A stretch of 64,000 nucleotides of DNA from Gammaproteobacteria bacterium (GCA_965238175.1 CBDEGZ010000003.1:2656001-2720000), one strand, 5' to 3'. Positions 20,654 to 31,996 are shown, numbered from the stretch's first letter. Program-made: numbers and translations. Notes: generated from the sequence alone by a model not told the origin.

Positions 20654-23398
20654 TTAACCTGTCCAACCTAAACCTGAAGCAATACAGTTGATTGATAGAA
20701 GTAGTGGAATTAATTCCTTTTCACGTTCACTACCTATTTTATCAGATCCTCTGAACTGCTTGATCAAACCAACTTGTTCCCTTCCTATCTGATTAATTGT
20801 TACGAGGCGCCTTTTCAACTTACGACGAAAACGAGGGAACCTCTCTGCGAGTGTTTCTCCTCCTGAAACTCGAAGAACTTGTTCTACCGTTTTATGAAAC
20901 TCAGTTTCAATCATTGAAAATATTCGCTCTCGAAGATCTGCATTTTGTACCAAATTAGCATATTCTCTGGCTATTTCCATATCAACCTGAATTAAGGTTT
21001 TTTCGGCTTCATCAATTATCAATCTAAAGAGACGAGAACTATCAAACATTTCTCGCAGCAACGTTACTCCTTCAGCTCCATTTTTAGACAAGTAGTTTTC
21101 AAGTGCACTCCCTAATCCATACCAACCGGGAACAAGGTGACGATTTTGACTCCATGCAAACACCCAAGGAATAGCCCTGAGATCTGACAACGAACTCGCA
21201 CCAAAACGTCTTGCGGGTCTCGATCCTATATTTAACAGTACAAGTTCTTCGACAGGGCTAGCTGCTTCGTAATAATCAACAAGTCCTGGTGTTTCAACTA
21301 ATTCCCTATAAGCAGAAAAAGAACCAGCAGATAAGGAACTCAGTGCAGTTTCAAATTCAGGTTGCGGTGATAATGCTTGTTCTTTTTTTGATAAAAGAGA
21401 ATGCGCAATAACACTTTCTGCTAGCAACTCCATGTTGTATTGTGCGGTTCCGCGGTTAGCAAACTTTGAAGACACAACCTCACCTTGCTCAGTTATGCGC
21501 AGTTGTCCATGAACAGAACCCGCTGGCTGTGCCGCTATTGCATGTCCGGTAGGTGCGCCACCCCGACTAACAGAGCCGCCTCTTCCATGAAAGAATGAAA
21601 TCGGTATTCCGGTTTCTTCACCAACAATCGTAAGTTGTTTTTGTCCAGATGTTAATTCCCAATTAGAGGTCAAATAGCCTCCATCTTTATTAGAATCTGA
21701 GTAACCGATCATTACTTCCTGTGATCCACCACACGCATTAATTGATCGCTTTACCAAAGGAATTACAAAAAGTTCACGCATGATATCTGGCGCGGCTCTT
21801 AAATCTCCTATCGTTTCAAATAAAGGCACAATCGCTATTGTGCAACATCTAACACCCTTAGCATCTTTGAATAAACCACCATATTTTGCCAGCAAATAAA
21901 TACCCAATATGTCAGTTGCACTTTGAGTCATACTTAAAATAAAACAGCCTATCGCCTCTCGATCCATTTTGTTTCTTGTTTCAGCAATCAACTGCATGAG
22001 CTCTATCGTCTCCTGCGCTTGATCTGGCAAATCGCGGAAACGAATATCATAATTAAGTGGTTTTTTAAGTTCTGACAAAATCCAATTCTTCCAACTTGGT
22101 GAGGTTTTATCTGGACATTTTGATATGTCCATGCCTGTTAAACAGGTCCAAATAGATTGTAAGGTAGAATTTGTTGTATCAGAATTTTGACGAAGATCTA
22201 AACTGACTGTTTTAAAACGAAAAGCCTCAACTTCTCTTCGAAGTGGCAGCAACATATTTTTAGTAAGTAATTCGCTACCAGAATCAGTTAGCGCTTTTTC
22301 CATGACATTAAGATCATTAATCAATTTATCTGCCGTCGAATAAGCATAATCTGCTTTTGCAGGAATATCATCCAGTTCAGCTTTATTAATAGTCTCTTCC
22401 AATTTCAAAAGCATACAAGCAGAATATTGGCGAAAAATCTCACCTGGATTCCTACTTGTAATTGACTTCCCTTTTCCAGAAGCTCTTAACTCCTTATTCA
22501 ACTTATTTTGGAATGACTTTGATATATTAAGAGAGTTTTTTGTCACACTTAATTTAGCTGAGAAGTCCATCAACTGTTTTCTATAACGATACAAAGTTGC
22601 TCGTCGATATCTAAATAAAGTTGTGCGTGTGACTTCGTTCGTTACAAAAGGATTCCCATCTCGATCTCCTCCTATCCATGATCCAAATTGGAAAAATGGT
22701 GGCATCGAAAAGCTGTCCTCAGAATATTCTGCTTTTAAAGCCAATTCAAATTTTTCTAATAATTCAGGAACACGATCAAATAGTGATTCTTTGAAAAAAT
22801 GTAGGCCCCACGCAACCTCTTGTTCAACACTGGGTTTTTCTAAACGTAATTCCCCGGTTAACCAAAGAAGATCTATTTCACTTTTAAGCTCATCAACAAA
22901 AGATTGTCGTTCTCTTGGGGTCCAACGTGCATTATCAATTTTAATAAGAAGGAGATATATACGGCGGTGTATTTCAAGTACGGTAACTCGTTTTGCCTCT
23001 GTAGGATGGGCCGTGATAACCGGACGAATACGCGCTGTATCAAGTAATGATTGAAATTCAGCGGCAGTAACACCCGCTTTTTTTGCAGTAGCGACAATGC
23101 TTGCGAAAGAACCGGCTAACTCAGAACCACTGCGTTCTGTTTCAATCAAACGACGGCGACGCATTCCTGCGCTTTCTTCAGCGATATTAAGAAGCTGAAA
23201 CCAAATACCTTGAGCTTGTAAGACAGGCACCAACAAACCGTCGTCAGCTGAAACTTCCTCTTCACCCTTAATAACGGCAACGATTTCAGGCTGCCGATTC
23301 TCTAGAGATTCAATTAAAGTTTCAAAAAGTAAAGTAGCGGTCTTATTTGCATAAGCCGCTACTCTTTCTGCTATTGTTTCATTAGAAGTCGTGGTCAT
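20654..23398 (-). CDS. ppc: Phosphoenolpyruvate carboxylase
   Basis: VITAHPTE, GSWIGGDRDGNP, QEVMIGYSDSNKDGG, FHGRGGSVSRGG, LRAIPWVFAWSQNR. Confidence 0.97.
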   Translation of the reverse strand: MTTTSNETIAERVAAYANKTATLLFETLIESLENRQPEIVAVIKGEEEVSADDGLLVPVLQAQGIWFQLLNIAEESAGMRRRRLIETERSGSELAGSFASIVATAKKAGVTAAEFQSLLDTARIRPVITAHPTEAKRVTVLEIHRRIYLLLIKIDNARWTPRERQSFVDELKSEIDLLWLTGELRLEKPSVEQEVAWGLHFFKESLFDRVPELLEKFELALKAEYSEDSFSMPPFFQFGSWIGGDRDGNPFVTNEVTRTTLFRYRRATLYRYRKQLMDFSAKLSVTKNSLNISKSFQNKLNKELRASGKGKSITSRNPGEIFRQYSACMLLKLEETINKAELDDIPAKADYAYSTADKLINDLNVMEKALTDSGSELLTKNMLLPLRREVEAFRFKTVSLDLRQNSDTTNSTLQSIWTCLTGMDISKCPDKTSPSWKNWILSELKKPLNYDIRFRDLPDQAQETIELMQLIAETRNKMDREAIGCFILSMTQSATDILGIYLLAKYGGLFKDAKGVRCCTIAIVPLFETIGDLRAAPDIMRELFVIPLVKRSINACGGSQEVMIGYSDSNKDGGYLTSNWELTSGQKQLTIVGEETGIPISFFHGRGGSVSRGGAPTGHAIAAQPAGSVHGQLRITEQGEVVSSKFANRGTAQYNMELLAESVIAHSLLSKKEQALSPQPEFETALSSLSAGSFSAYRELVETPGLVDYYEAASPVEELVLLNIGSRPARRFGASSLSDLRAIPWVFAWSQNRHLVPGWYGLGSALENYLSKNGAEGVTLLREMFDSSRLFRLIIDEAEKTLIQVDMEIAREYANLVQNADLRERIFSMIETEFHKTVEQVLRVSGGETLAERFPRFRRKLKRRLVTINQIGREQVGLIKQFRGSDKIGSEREKELIPLLLSINCIASGLGWTG

Positions 23399-23436
23399 GC
23401 CGTTACCTTTTATTTTTCCGGCATCTACTAAACACC

Positions 23437-24408
23437 TTAAACCACACGATCTCTAGGTGGCTCACCAGCAAAGAAAGCATTAAGATTTTCAACTACTCTC
23501 ATACCCATAGCAATACGTGTATCAAGCGTAGCGCTTCCTAAATGAGGTAATAAGACGACGTTATCCATAGTCAACAGTTCTTCAGTTACTTGTGGCTCTT
23601 TGGCAAAAACATCCAATCCTGCTGCAGCGATCGTGCCTTTCTTAAGTGCATCAACTAATGCGGGTTCATCCACAACATCACCCCTGGCAGTATTAATCAG
23701 AATCGCATCATCTCGCATCAGAGCAAATCGTTTAGCATTCATAAGATTCGTATTAGAACCACCTCCAGGGCAGTGTAATGTAACAAAATCAACTTGTGAT
23801 AATACTTCTTCAACAGTATCACATTGAATAGCACCAAACTTATTGATCACTTCTTGACTTGGTGGATATGGATCATAAAAATAGATCTTCATACCGAAAC
23901 CAAAATGTGCTTTATGGGCCATAGCCTGGGCGATACGGCCAAAACCGATCAAACCAAGTTTTTTACCAGTAACCTTCGTACCCATCATGTGAGTTGGGCG
24001 CCAACCAGTCCAGGCTTTCGTTCGAACATGTCGTTCACCCTCACCAGCACGTCTCGCTGTCATGAGCATTAATGTCATGGCAGTATCAGCCGTACAATCC
24101 GTCAATACTTCTGGTGTATTAGTGACGACTAAATCATTCAATTTTGCAGCTTCAAGATCAATATGGTTAAACCCAACGCCAAAGTTACCAATAACTCTAG
24201 CTTTCATATTGTCTACATTAATAACGTCCGCATTTATTTTGTCCGAAACAGTTGGGCAAACAGCATCTGCAGTCTGAAACGCATTAGCTAATTCATCTGC
24301 AGTCATTGGTACGTCATCTGTGTTTAATTGCACATCAAACAATTCTTGCATATGTTTTTCGACAGCTTCAGGCCACCGACGAGTTACAATAACTTTAGGT
24401 TTACTCAT
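23437..24408 (-). CDS. hprA: Hydroxypyruvate reductase / D-glycerate dehydrogenase
   Basis: D-2-hydroxyacid dehydrogenase motifs (GFGRIA, INTARG, GLDVF, LPHLGSAT). The specific function is inferred from the serine-cycle operon context. Confidence 0.8.
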   Translation of the reverse strand: MSKPKVIVTRRWPEAVEKHMQELFDVQLNTDDVPMTADELANAFQTADAVCPTVSDKINADVINVDNMKARVIGNFGVGFNHIDLEAAKLNDLVVTNTPEVLTDCTADTAMTLMLMTARRAGEGERHVRTKAWTGWRPTHMMGTKVTGKKLGLIGFGRIAQAMAHKAHFGFGMKIYFYDPYPPSQEVINKFGAIQCDTVEEVLSQVDFVTLHCPGGGSNTNLMNAKRFALMRDDAILINTARGDVVDEPALVDALKKGTIAAAGLDVFAKEPQVTEELLTMDNVVLLPHLGSATLDTRIAMGMRVVENLNAFFAGEPPRDRVV

Positions 24409-24418
24409 GAGTTAACTC

Positions 24419-25309
24419 CTACGAAATTTTTTCCATGATCTTTGCAACAGTAGGTCCAAAGTCGGAAGGTGTTGGCACAATAGTGACGCCCATATCTTGG
24501 AGTAGATCAACTTTTTCTGCTGCACTTTCACCTACCGCAGAAATAATCGCGCCAGCATGTCCCATTCGGCGACCTTTAGGAGCGGTCAATCCAGCAATGT
24601 AGGCAACAACAGGTTTGCTCATATTTTCTTTCGCAAACATGCCAGCATCAACTTCTTGAGGTCCACCGATCTCACCGATCATTACAACTACTTTAGTTTC
24701 AGGATCTTCTTCAAAATACTCAAAATGATCTCTGAAGGCACTACCATTAATCGGATCACCACCAATACCTATACTGGTTGAGATCCCGATACCCAGTTCT
24801 TTCATCTGCGATGCGGCTTCATAGCCCAATGTACCGGATCGACCAACAACACCCACATTACCCGGCATGTATATATGGCCTGGCATAATGCCCATCATGC
24901 ATTTTCCTGGGCTTATTGAGCCTGCACAGTTAGGTCCAGTTAGAACCATTCGATCTTCTCGTTTATAACGTCGCATATAACGCTTAACACGGATCATGTC
25001 ATGTGAAGGAATACCATCAGTGATTGCTACACAAAACTTTATACCACCATCTGCGGCTTCCATAATGCCATCTGCAGCATACGGTGGTGGTACAAATACG
25101 ATACTCGCATCTGCTCCAGTCTCTCTAACAGCATCTTTCACTGTATCAAAAACTGGACGGCTTAAATGAGTTGTACCACCTTTACCAGGTGTTACACCAC
25201 CAACAACATTTGTACCATATTCGATCATTTCCTCAGCATGGAAAGTACCGATCTGGCCGGTGAATCCTTGAACGATCACCTTTGAATTTTCATCTAATAA
25301 AATTGCCAT
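24419..25309 (-). CDS. mtkB: Malate--CoA ligase alpha subunit (SucD-like)
   Basis: VQGFTG, GVTPGKGG, GPNC, GRRMGHAGA; adjacent to mcl and sga. Confidence 0.85.
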   Translation of the reverse strand: MAILLDENSKVIVQGFTGQIGTFHAEEMIEYGTNVVGGVTPGKGGTTHLSRPVFDTVKDAVRETGADASIVFVPPPYAADGIMEAADGGIKFCVAITDGIPSHDMIRVKRYMRRYKREDRMVLTGPNCAGSISPGKCMMGIMPGHIYMPGNVGVVGRSGTLGYEAASQMKELGIGISTSIGIGGDPINGSAFRDHFEYFEEDPETKVVVMIGEIGGPQEVDAGMFAKENMSKPVVAYIAGLTAPKGRRMGHAGAIISAVGESAAEKVDLLQDMGVTIVPTPSDFGPTVAKIMEKIS

Positions 25310-25327
25310 TTTCGAATTCCTCTTGTC

Positions 25328-26506
25328 TTATGACTTTCCAGTGTGACCTTTCCAAACTGCCACCGCTTTTTCTGCCGCTTCTTGGAGAGTATCCGCCATG
25401 ATGATATCGAGACCACTGTCTTTGATGATCTTACGACCAGCCTCGACATTAGTACCAGACAACCTTACAACTAAAGGAACACCTAGTTCTATTTTCTGAA
25501 CCGCCTGGACAACCCCTTCTGCAATCCAATCACAGCGATTGATACCGGCGAAAATATTAACAAGGATCGTTTCAACATTATCATCCGCCAGAACCAGCCG
25601 GAATGCTTTTGCAGTACGCTCTGCGGAAGCACCTCCACCGATATCCAGAAAATTGGCAGGTTCGCCACCAGAATGTTGGATCATATCCATAGTCGCCATA
25701 GCCAAACCAGCACCATTGATAATACAGCCAATATTCCCATCCAGACCAACATAACTTAAGCCACGATCAGCGGCTTGCATTTCACGGGGATCTTCTTGTG
25801 ACTTATCTCGAAGTTCAGCAATTTTCGCATGTCGGAACATTGCGTTATCATCAAAGGACATTTTGCCATCTAATGCTAATAATCGACCATCTCCGGTCAC
25901 AACAAGAGGATTGATCTCAACCATAGTGCCATCAAGATCGCGCATAGCGCGATAAGCCCCCTGGAACGTAGTTACCGCTTGACTAGTCATTGAAGCAGGT
26001 AAATCCAATGCAAATGCTAATTCTCGCGCTTGAAAGTCTTGCAGACCAACCGCAGGTTCCACATGAATTTTAATAATTGCTTCTGGCTTTTCGACGGCCA
26101 ACTGCTCAATGTCTATTCCGCCTTCTGCGGAAGCCACAACAGTGACTCGCTCAGCCGCGCGATCTAAAACAAATGCCAGATATATTTCACGCTTAATATC
26201 ACAACCTTGTTCTATATAAAGTCGGTGTACCACTTTGCCCTGCGGACCTGTTTGATGAGTAATTAAGCGTTTACCGAGTAATTCATCGGCCGCATCCCAA
26301 ATTTCGTCATCTGTTTTACAAATCTTGATACCACCCGCTTTACCGCGAGCGCCTGAATGGATCTGAGCCTTAACGGCCCAGACTTCGCCACCTATTTCCT
26401 TAGCTCGATATACAGCTTGTTCTGGACTATAGGCTAAACCACCTGGTCCTACGCCAACACCAAATTCAGCCAGGAGTTCTTTTGCTTGATATTCGTGGAT
26501 TTCCAC
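25328..26506 (-). CDS. mtkA: Malate--CoA ligase beta subunit (SucC-like)
   Basis: [38 protein letters not shown] (MtkA-type wording); operon context. Confidence 0.88.
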   Translation of the reverse strand: MEIHEYQAKELLAEFGVGVGPGGLAYSPEQAVYRAKEIGGEVWAVKAQIHSGARGKAGGIKICKTDDEIWDAADELLGKRLITHQTGPQGKVVHRLYIEQGCDIKREIYLAFVLDRAAERVTVVASAEGGIDIEQLAVEKPEAIIKIHVEPAVGLQDFQARELAFALDLPASMTSQAVTTFQGAYRAMRDLDGTMVEINPLVVTGDGRLLALDGKMSFDDNAMFRHAKIAELRDKSQEDPREMQAADRGLSYVGLDGNIGCIINGAGLAMATMDMIQHSGGEPANFLDIGGGASAERTAKAFRLVLADDNVETILVNIFAGINRCDWIAEGVVQAVQKIELGVPLVVRLSGTNVEAGRKIIKDSGLDIIMADTLQEAAEKAVAVWKGHTGKS

Positions 26507-26529
26507 TACGATTCTCCTCTTTTAAATTA

Positions 26530-27477
26530 TTATTTCGCACCAATTTGATCGGCTTGTGCGATCACATTACGTGCCATCTTTTCAGACGCAATATCGATCA
26601 TTTTACCGTCTAATTGAGCAGCGCCTTTACCTGCTGCCGCAGCCTCCTCCAATGCTTCTAAAACACGACGTGCACGAGTTACTTCTGCTTCAGGCGGAGA
26701 CATAACTTCGTTCGCTAATGGGATCTGTTTAGGATGAATAGCCCACTTTCCTTCATAGCCAAGGGCTGCGACACGTCTTGCCGCTTCACGGAAAGCATCA
26801 TCATCGCTGAAATCACCAAATGGACCATCAATCGCACGTAAGCCAAAAGCACGACATGCCGTCAACATTTGTACTTGTGCTGCATGCCATTGATCAATCT
26901 CAACACCCTTACAAGCGTAATCCGGGTTTAAACCACCAATTACTGTAGTACGCGAACGTAGACTGGCAGCATAGTCAGCGACACCAAAATGCAGAGCTTC
27001 CAATCTAGGGCTTGCTTGTGCAATCGTCATCACATTCGCACCGCCTAATGCAGTCTCAATTAAACATTCAAGACCAATTTTTTCTTTGATACCCATCGCA
27101 TCTTCAACTTGCGTTAATAACATATCAACAGCGTAAACATCTTGTGCTGTTCCCACTTTCGGGATCAAAATCGTGTCGAGGTTGTTACCGGCTTGTTCAA
27201 CTATATCAACAACGTCGCGATACATGTAATGAGTATCGAGTCCATTAATTCGAACAGAAATGGTTTTGCCACTCCAATCAATATCATTTAAACCCTGGAT
27301 AATATTTTTGCGTGCCTGATCTTTATCATCAGGAACTACGGCATCTTCACAGTCAAGAAAGACGTAATCTGCCTCTGATGATGCTGCTTTTTCAAACATT
27401 CCTGGATTTGAGCCTGGTACTGCAAGTTCACTTCGTTGCAAGCGCGGTTGCGCTTGTTCATATTGTGTAAAACTCAT
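26530..27477 (-). CDS. mcl: L-malyl-CoA/beta-methylmalyl-CoA lyase
   Basis: RLQRSELAVPGSN, VRINGLDTHYMYRDV, LHFGVADYAAS, DGPFGDFSD, GKWAIHP. Confidence 0.93.
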   Translation of the reverse strand: MSFTQYEQAQPRLQRSELAVPGSNPGMFEKAASSEADYVFLDCEDAVVPDDKDQARKNIIQGLNDIDWSGKTISVRINGLDTHYMYRDVVDIVEQAGNNLDTILIPKVGTAQDVYAVDMLLTQVEDAMGIKEKIGLECLIETALGGANVMTIAQASPRLEALHFGVADYAASLRSRTTVIGGLNPDYACKGVEIDQWHAAQVQMLTACRAFGLRAIDGPFGDFSDDDAFREAARRVAALGYEGKWAIHPKQIPLANEVMSPPEAEVTRARRVLEALEEAAAAGKGAAQLDGKMIDIASEKMARNVIAQADQIGAK

Positions 27478-27521
27478 ATATAACCCTTCCTAAGTCTTAT
27501 AAACTTTTATTTTATTGTTAT

Positions 27522-27548
27522 AAAAACATCCGCACTAGGCGGGTGTTT
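27522..27548 (-). terminator. Terminator-like hairpin between sga and mcl
   Basis: Minus strand AAACACCCGC-CTAGT-GCGGATGTTTTT. Confidence 0.55.
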
Positions 27549-27561
27549 AGGTTAATTACGA

Positions 27562-28737
27562 TCAAATTCGGTCTTTAGCTGTCGAGCACAAATATTCTTG
27601 GGCTGCAGCAACACCACTACCTAATTCAATTGGGTAGCCAAGATCTTTCATACTCATCTCTGCACCGCTTAACGGAATCATAAGCATCAACTCATTCATA
27701 TCGCCCATGTGGCCAATACGAAAACCTTGTCCCATCACTTGTCCAATAGTGATCGAAATTGCCAAGTTATATCGGCGATATGCATGACGAGCAACTTCGT
27801 TTCCATCAAAACCTTCTGGAGTACGTACTGCTGTTACTGTATCTGATTGCCAACCATCTTGAGCAATAGTAGACATTCCCCAAGCTTTAACAGCCGCTCG
27901 AGTTGCAGTTGCAAAACGAGTATGACGAGCAAAAACGTTGTCCAAACCTTCTTCGAACAACATGTTTAGAGATTCACGCAAACCCCGGAGTAGATTCATA
28001 GGTGGTGTATATGGGAAAAAGCCAAGATCATTTGTTGCAATTTGATCTTCCCAGGCGAAGAAACAACGCGGGCATTCCGCTGATTTATTTGCTTCAAGTG
28101 CTTTCTCACTTGCACAGACAATACCTAAACCCGTCGGTAGCATAAAACCTTTTTGTGAACCAGAGATTGCAAGATCAACACCCCATTCATCCATACGGAA
28201 ATCCAAACTGCCAACACCACTTACTGTGTCTACAAAATATAATGCAGGGTGATCACAAGAATCAATTGAGTCACGAACGGCTTTAATGTCAGACATAACG
28301 CCCGTTGCTGTTTCATTATGTGTTGCGAAAACTGCTTTAATCTCATGGTTTTTATCTTCTGCAAGAACTTCAGCAAATTTGTCAGCTGGCGTGCCAACCC
28401 CCCACTCACAATCGACTTCAATCACTTCCATACCAAGTCGTTGTGCACAGTCGATGAAAAGATGACTAAACTGACCGAAACGTGAAGCAAGTACTTTGCT
28501 ACCTGGCTTTAATGTATTTGTAATTGCAGATTCCCAGGCACCTGTTCCGGATGAAGGAAAGATGAAGACTCGACCGTTTTCGGTTTTGAAAACTTTCTTC
28601 ATGTCTGCATAAAGTGGTTTTGTGAATTCTGGAAGGTCAAGGGCACGCATGTCCTCTTGTTCTACGTTGATAGCATTCTGGATACGACGCGGTACGTTCG
28701 TTGGCCCAGGTATATATAGGAAATTACGTCCAGCCAT
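27562..28737 (-). CDS. sgaA: Serine--glyoxylate aminotransferase
   Basis: MAGRNFLYIPGPTN, SSGTGAWE, HNETATGV, GSQKGFMLP, FRIGHMG, GSGVAAA. Confidence 0.92.
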   Translation of the reverse strand: MAGRNFLYIPGPTNVPRRIQNAINVEQEDMRALDLPEFTKPLYADMKKVFKTENGRVFIFPSSGTGAWESAITNTLKPGSKVLASRFGQFSHLFIDCAQRLGMEVIEVDCEWGVGTPADKFAEVLAEDKNHEIKAVFATHNETATGVMSDIKAVRDSIDSCDHPALYFVDTVSGVGSLDFRMDEWGVDLAISGSQKGFMLPTGLGIVCASEKALEANKSAECPRCFFAWEDQIATNDLGFFPYTPPMNLLRGLRESLNMLFEEGLDNVFARHTRFATATRAAVKAWGMSTIAQDGWQSDTVTAVRTPEGFDGNEVARHAYRRYNLAISITIGQVMGQGFRIGHMGDMNELMLMIPLSGAEMSMKDLGYPIELGSGVAAAQEYLCSTAKDRI

Positions 28738-29059
28738 TATAATTAAATCCTCTCATTTTATTGTTGTAGAAGAACCATAAAAACTCTGTCTGCAAAATTC
28801 AGGAACAAAAAATTTAAACTCCTAAAAATTGGATCCAGATTTTTTACTTAAATTTATTAAGTTTATAATCGCTGCGAGACTATCGTTGCGATGCATCAGG
28901 AGATGCTATAGCTAAAGATATGATGGTGTCGTAATATAAGACACTCATTCAAGGTTCTTGACTCGCCTGAGCGAATGTTGATTTTACAAAATTATACTGA
29001 TTTTAACAAAAATGCAATGAATAAGATTGATTCTCAAAAGTAACCAATCATTTTTCTGT

Positions 29060-30229
29060 TCAAGAAAGATCTTTCTTCAGATCTTCAATATCTTCTAAAC
29101 CAATCGACAGCCGGATCAGACTATCAGTAATACCTACTTCCTTCCTCTCAGACTCTGTCAGTCGCCAATGCGTTGTTGTTCCAGGGTGAGTGATGGTACT
29201 TTTTGTATCGCCCAAATTAGCCGTAATTGAGAAAATCTTTGTATTGTCGATCAGCTTCCATGCGCCATTTTTCCCACCCTCAACTTCAAAAGAAACAACA
29301 CCACCATAACCAGACTGTTGATCGGTTGCTAATTTATGCTGTGGATGATTTTCTAGCCCAGGATAATGTACCTGTTTTACAAACGATTGTTGTTGTAACC
29401 ACTGCGCCATATTCAAAGCACTCTCACAATGTGCTCTCATTCTAATTGAAAGTGTTTCCAAGCCCTTAAGAAAAATCCAGGCATTAAACGGACTCATCGT
29501 TGTGCCACCAGTTCGTAATATTCCGAACACCGATTTTCCGATCAATTCTTCGCTACCCAGAATAGCTCCACCAACACAACGCCCTTGCCCATCCAGATAC
29601 TTTGTTGCTGAATGAATGACGATATCAGCCCCTAGATCGAATGGCTTTTGTAATGCAGGTGTGCAAAAACAATTATCAACAACCAATAGACAATCACGCG
29701 ATTTTGCCAAACGGGCAAGGGCAGCAAGATCGGCCACTTCCATCAATGGGTTTGAAGGTGTCTCAAGAAATAAAATGCGCGTCTCAGGGCGAATAGCCGC
29801 TTTCCATGCTGCGATATCAGTGAGTGGAACAAAGCTTGTTTCGATCCCAAACTTACTCAAAATACTATTAAATAGACCGACAGTAGTACCAAAAATACTA
29901 CGTGAGGAAACAATGTGATCGCTTTGTTTTAACAAGCCTAGACAAGTACTCAAAATTGCACTCATTCCTGATGAGGTCGCAATACAACGTTCAGCACCTT
30001 CAAGTGCAGCTAACCTTTGTTCAAAAATTCTGACCGTAGGATTTGTAAATCGGGAATAGATGTTACCTGGCTCTTGATCAGAAAAACGCGCCGCCGCCTG
30101 TGCCGCATTTTTAAAGACAAAACTGGAGGTAGGAAAAATTGGTTCGCTATGCTCCGACTCAGCCGTTCTATGATGTCCCGCTCTAATCGCCAGAGTTTGC
30201 AAGCTATAGTCGTTCTCTTTTTGAGTCAT
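29060..30229 (-). CDS. metZ: O-succinylhomoserine sulfhydrylase
   Basis: EHSEPIFPTSSF, YSRFTNPT, HSATKYLDGQGR, ITANLGD.K; located downstream of purF as in many gammaproteobacteria. Confidence 0.93.
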   Translation of the reverse strand: MTQKENDYSLQTLAIRAGHHRTAESEHSEPIFPTSSFVFKNAAQAAARFSDQEPGNIYSRFTNPTVRIFEQRLAALEGAERCIATSSGMSAILSTCLGLLKQSDHIVSSRSIFGTTVGLFNSILSKFGIETSFVPLTDIAAWKAAIRPETRILFLETPSNPLMEVADLAALARLAKSRDCLLVVDNCFCTPALQKPFDLGADIVIHSATKYLDGQGRCVGGAILGSEELIGKSVFGILRTGGTTMSPFNAWIFLKGLETLSIRMRAHCESALNMAQWLQQQSFVKQVHYPGLENHPQHKLATDQQSGYGGVVSFEVEGGKNGAWKLIDNTKIFSITANLGDTKSTITHPGTTTHWRLTESERKEVGITDSLIRLSIGLEDIEDLKKDLS

Positions 30230-30263
30230 TTTGACACCCGAATAAATTCATCGGCCATAAATG

Positions 30264-30298
30264 AAAAAAACCCACATTTAGCAAAAGCCAAAGCAGGC
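30264..30298 (-). terminator. Riboswitch-associated intrinsic terminator upstream of metZ
   Basis: Minus strand GCCTGCTTTGGC-TTTT-GCTAAATGTGGGT followed by a T run, between the aptamer and the metZ ATG. Confidence 0.65.
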
Positions 30299-30302
30299 CG
30301 AA

Positions 30303-30358
30303 CGCTTTAGCAATATTTATTACGCGCCTGCAAGCTGAAATTAATCAAATCGGCGCAG
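30303..30358 (-). ncRNA. SAM-II riboswitch aptamer
   Basis: Minus strand GCGCCGATTTGA...GCTTGCAGGCGCGTAATAAATATTGCTAAAGCG matches the SAM-II pattern (GCGC.GAUUU...UUGC..GCGC...AAAU...GCUAAA), upstream of a methionine gene. Confidence 0.85.
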
Positions 30359-30478
30359 AAATGAGACTAGAAGATAGAGAGTGTCCTGTCAATTAAAAAG
30401 CTTAAAGCAAGACGAAAATACTGATATTGTCTAAGGATATAGTCTGGGTTATATAAACTCTGAGTCATATATCTAATA

Positions 30479-31996
30479 TTAAGCTGTCATAGAAATTTCG
30501 TCTGAAGATTCATCTCCATCGTCATCATCTCGTTTTTGTTTTGCCTTATCAGAACGTGCTTTTTCCAGATTATGTAAATAATCAGTACTGATATCACCTG
30601 TTACATATGCACCAGTGAAACAAGATACATCAAACTCGGTCACTTCAGGGTTACCAGCATGAGCAGATTCAATTAAGTCACTAAGTTCCTGGTAAATTAA
30701 GCGATCAGCACCGATCAAATCACAAACATCCTGCTCTGTTTTGTTATGAGCAATCAATTCGTCAACTGATGGCATGTCGATTCCATAGACATTTTGATAT
30801 CGAACAGGGGGCGCAGCCGACGCAAAATACACCTTCTTTGCGCCAGCATCTCTAGCCATCTGGATAATTTGTCCTGAGGTTGTTCCACGTACAATTGAAT
30901 CGTCAACCAGCATGACATTCTTATCTTTAAATTCCAAATCAATAGCATTGAGCTTTTGTCGTACTGACTTTTTGCGTTTGCTTTGGCCAGGCATAATGAA
31001 TGTTCGAGGAATATAACGGTTCTTGATAAACCCTTCTCGATACTTCACATCCATCTCATGCGCCATTTCCATCGCCGCAGTCCGACTTGTATCGGGGATA
31101 GGTATTACCACGTCAATATCATGATCTGGCCAGTCTCGCTGGATCTTTCTGGCCAACAATTCTCCCATTCTCATACGCGATTTAACAACCGATATACCCT
31201 CAATAATCGAATCGGGTCTGGCAAAGTATACATATTCAAAAATACATGGGTTGTGTTTCGCCTCAGGAACACACTGGCAGGTTTTAATATTGCCTTTTTT
31301 GTCCACGAAAACCGCCTCGCCAGGTTTCACATCACGGATTGTTTCAAAACCTAAGGAATCTATTGCAACACTTTCAGAGGAAAAAATGTATTCAGTTCCT
31401 CTATCAGTTTCACGTTTTCCAAATACAATAGGCCGGATACCATTTGGATCTCTAAACCCAACAATCCCAACACCATTGATCATAGCAACCGACGCATAAC
31501 CGCCACGGCATCGTTGGAAGAGGCCTTTCATTGCTGTGAATATATCATCCGCATTTATTCTGAACTTACCCATTTTTTGCAATTCATCTGCAAAAACATT
31601 GAGCAAAACTTCTGAGTCAGAATCGGTATTGATATGACGTAAACCATCACTAAAAAGCTGTCGTTTTAGTTCTGTTACATTGGTTAAGTTACCATTGTGA
31701 GCGAGTGAAATACCATAGGGAGAATTAACGTAAAAAGGTTGAGCTTCTGCGGTTGAAGAACAACCAGCCGTGGGATATCTAACATGACCAATGCCCATCT
31801 TGCCTTGAAGATTAAGCATATGCCGCGTGTGAAAAACATTATCGACAAGCCCATTCGACTTCCGAAGTTTCAATTTACCTTTATTATAAGTTGCTATGCC
31901 TGCAGCATCTTGACCACGGTGTTGTAAAACGGTTAATCCATCATAAATCGTCTGGTTAACCGCACTATTCGCAACTATACCTATGATTCCGCACAC
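30479..31996 (-). CDS. purF: Amidophosphoribosyltransferase
   Basis: N-terminal [37 protein letters not shown]. Confidence 0.98.
   Translation of the reverse strand: MCGIIGIVANSAVNQTIYDGLTVLQHRGQDAAGIATYNKGKLKLRKSNGLVDNVFHTRHMLNLQGKMGIGHVRYPTAGCSSTAEAQPFYVNSPYGISLAHNGNLTNVTELKRQLFSDGLRHINTDSDSEVLLNVFADELQKMGKFRINADDIFTAMKGLFQRCRGGYASVAMINGVGIVGFRDPNGIRPIVFGKRETDRGTEYIFSSESVAIDSLGFETIRDVKPGEAVFVDKKGNIKTCQCVPEAKHNPCIFEYVYFARPDSIIEGISVVKSRMRMGELLARKIQRDWPDHDIDVVIPIPDTSRTAAMEMAHEMDVKYREGFIKNRYIPRTFIMPGQSKRKKSVRQKLNAIDLEFKDKNVMLVDDSIVRGTTSGQIIQMARDAGAKKVYFASAAPPVRYQNVYGIDMPSVDELIAHNKTEQDVCDLIGADRLIYQELSDLIESAHAGNPEVTEFDVSCFTGAYVTGDISTDYLHNLEKARSDKAKQKRDDDDGDESSDEISMTA

Noticed and set aside
24419-26506. 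sucCD (succinyl-CoA synthetase)
   Set aside because: The genes are embedded between mcl and hprA/ppc with MtkA-like motifs and no sucAB nearby, so malate thiokinase fits better.
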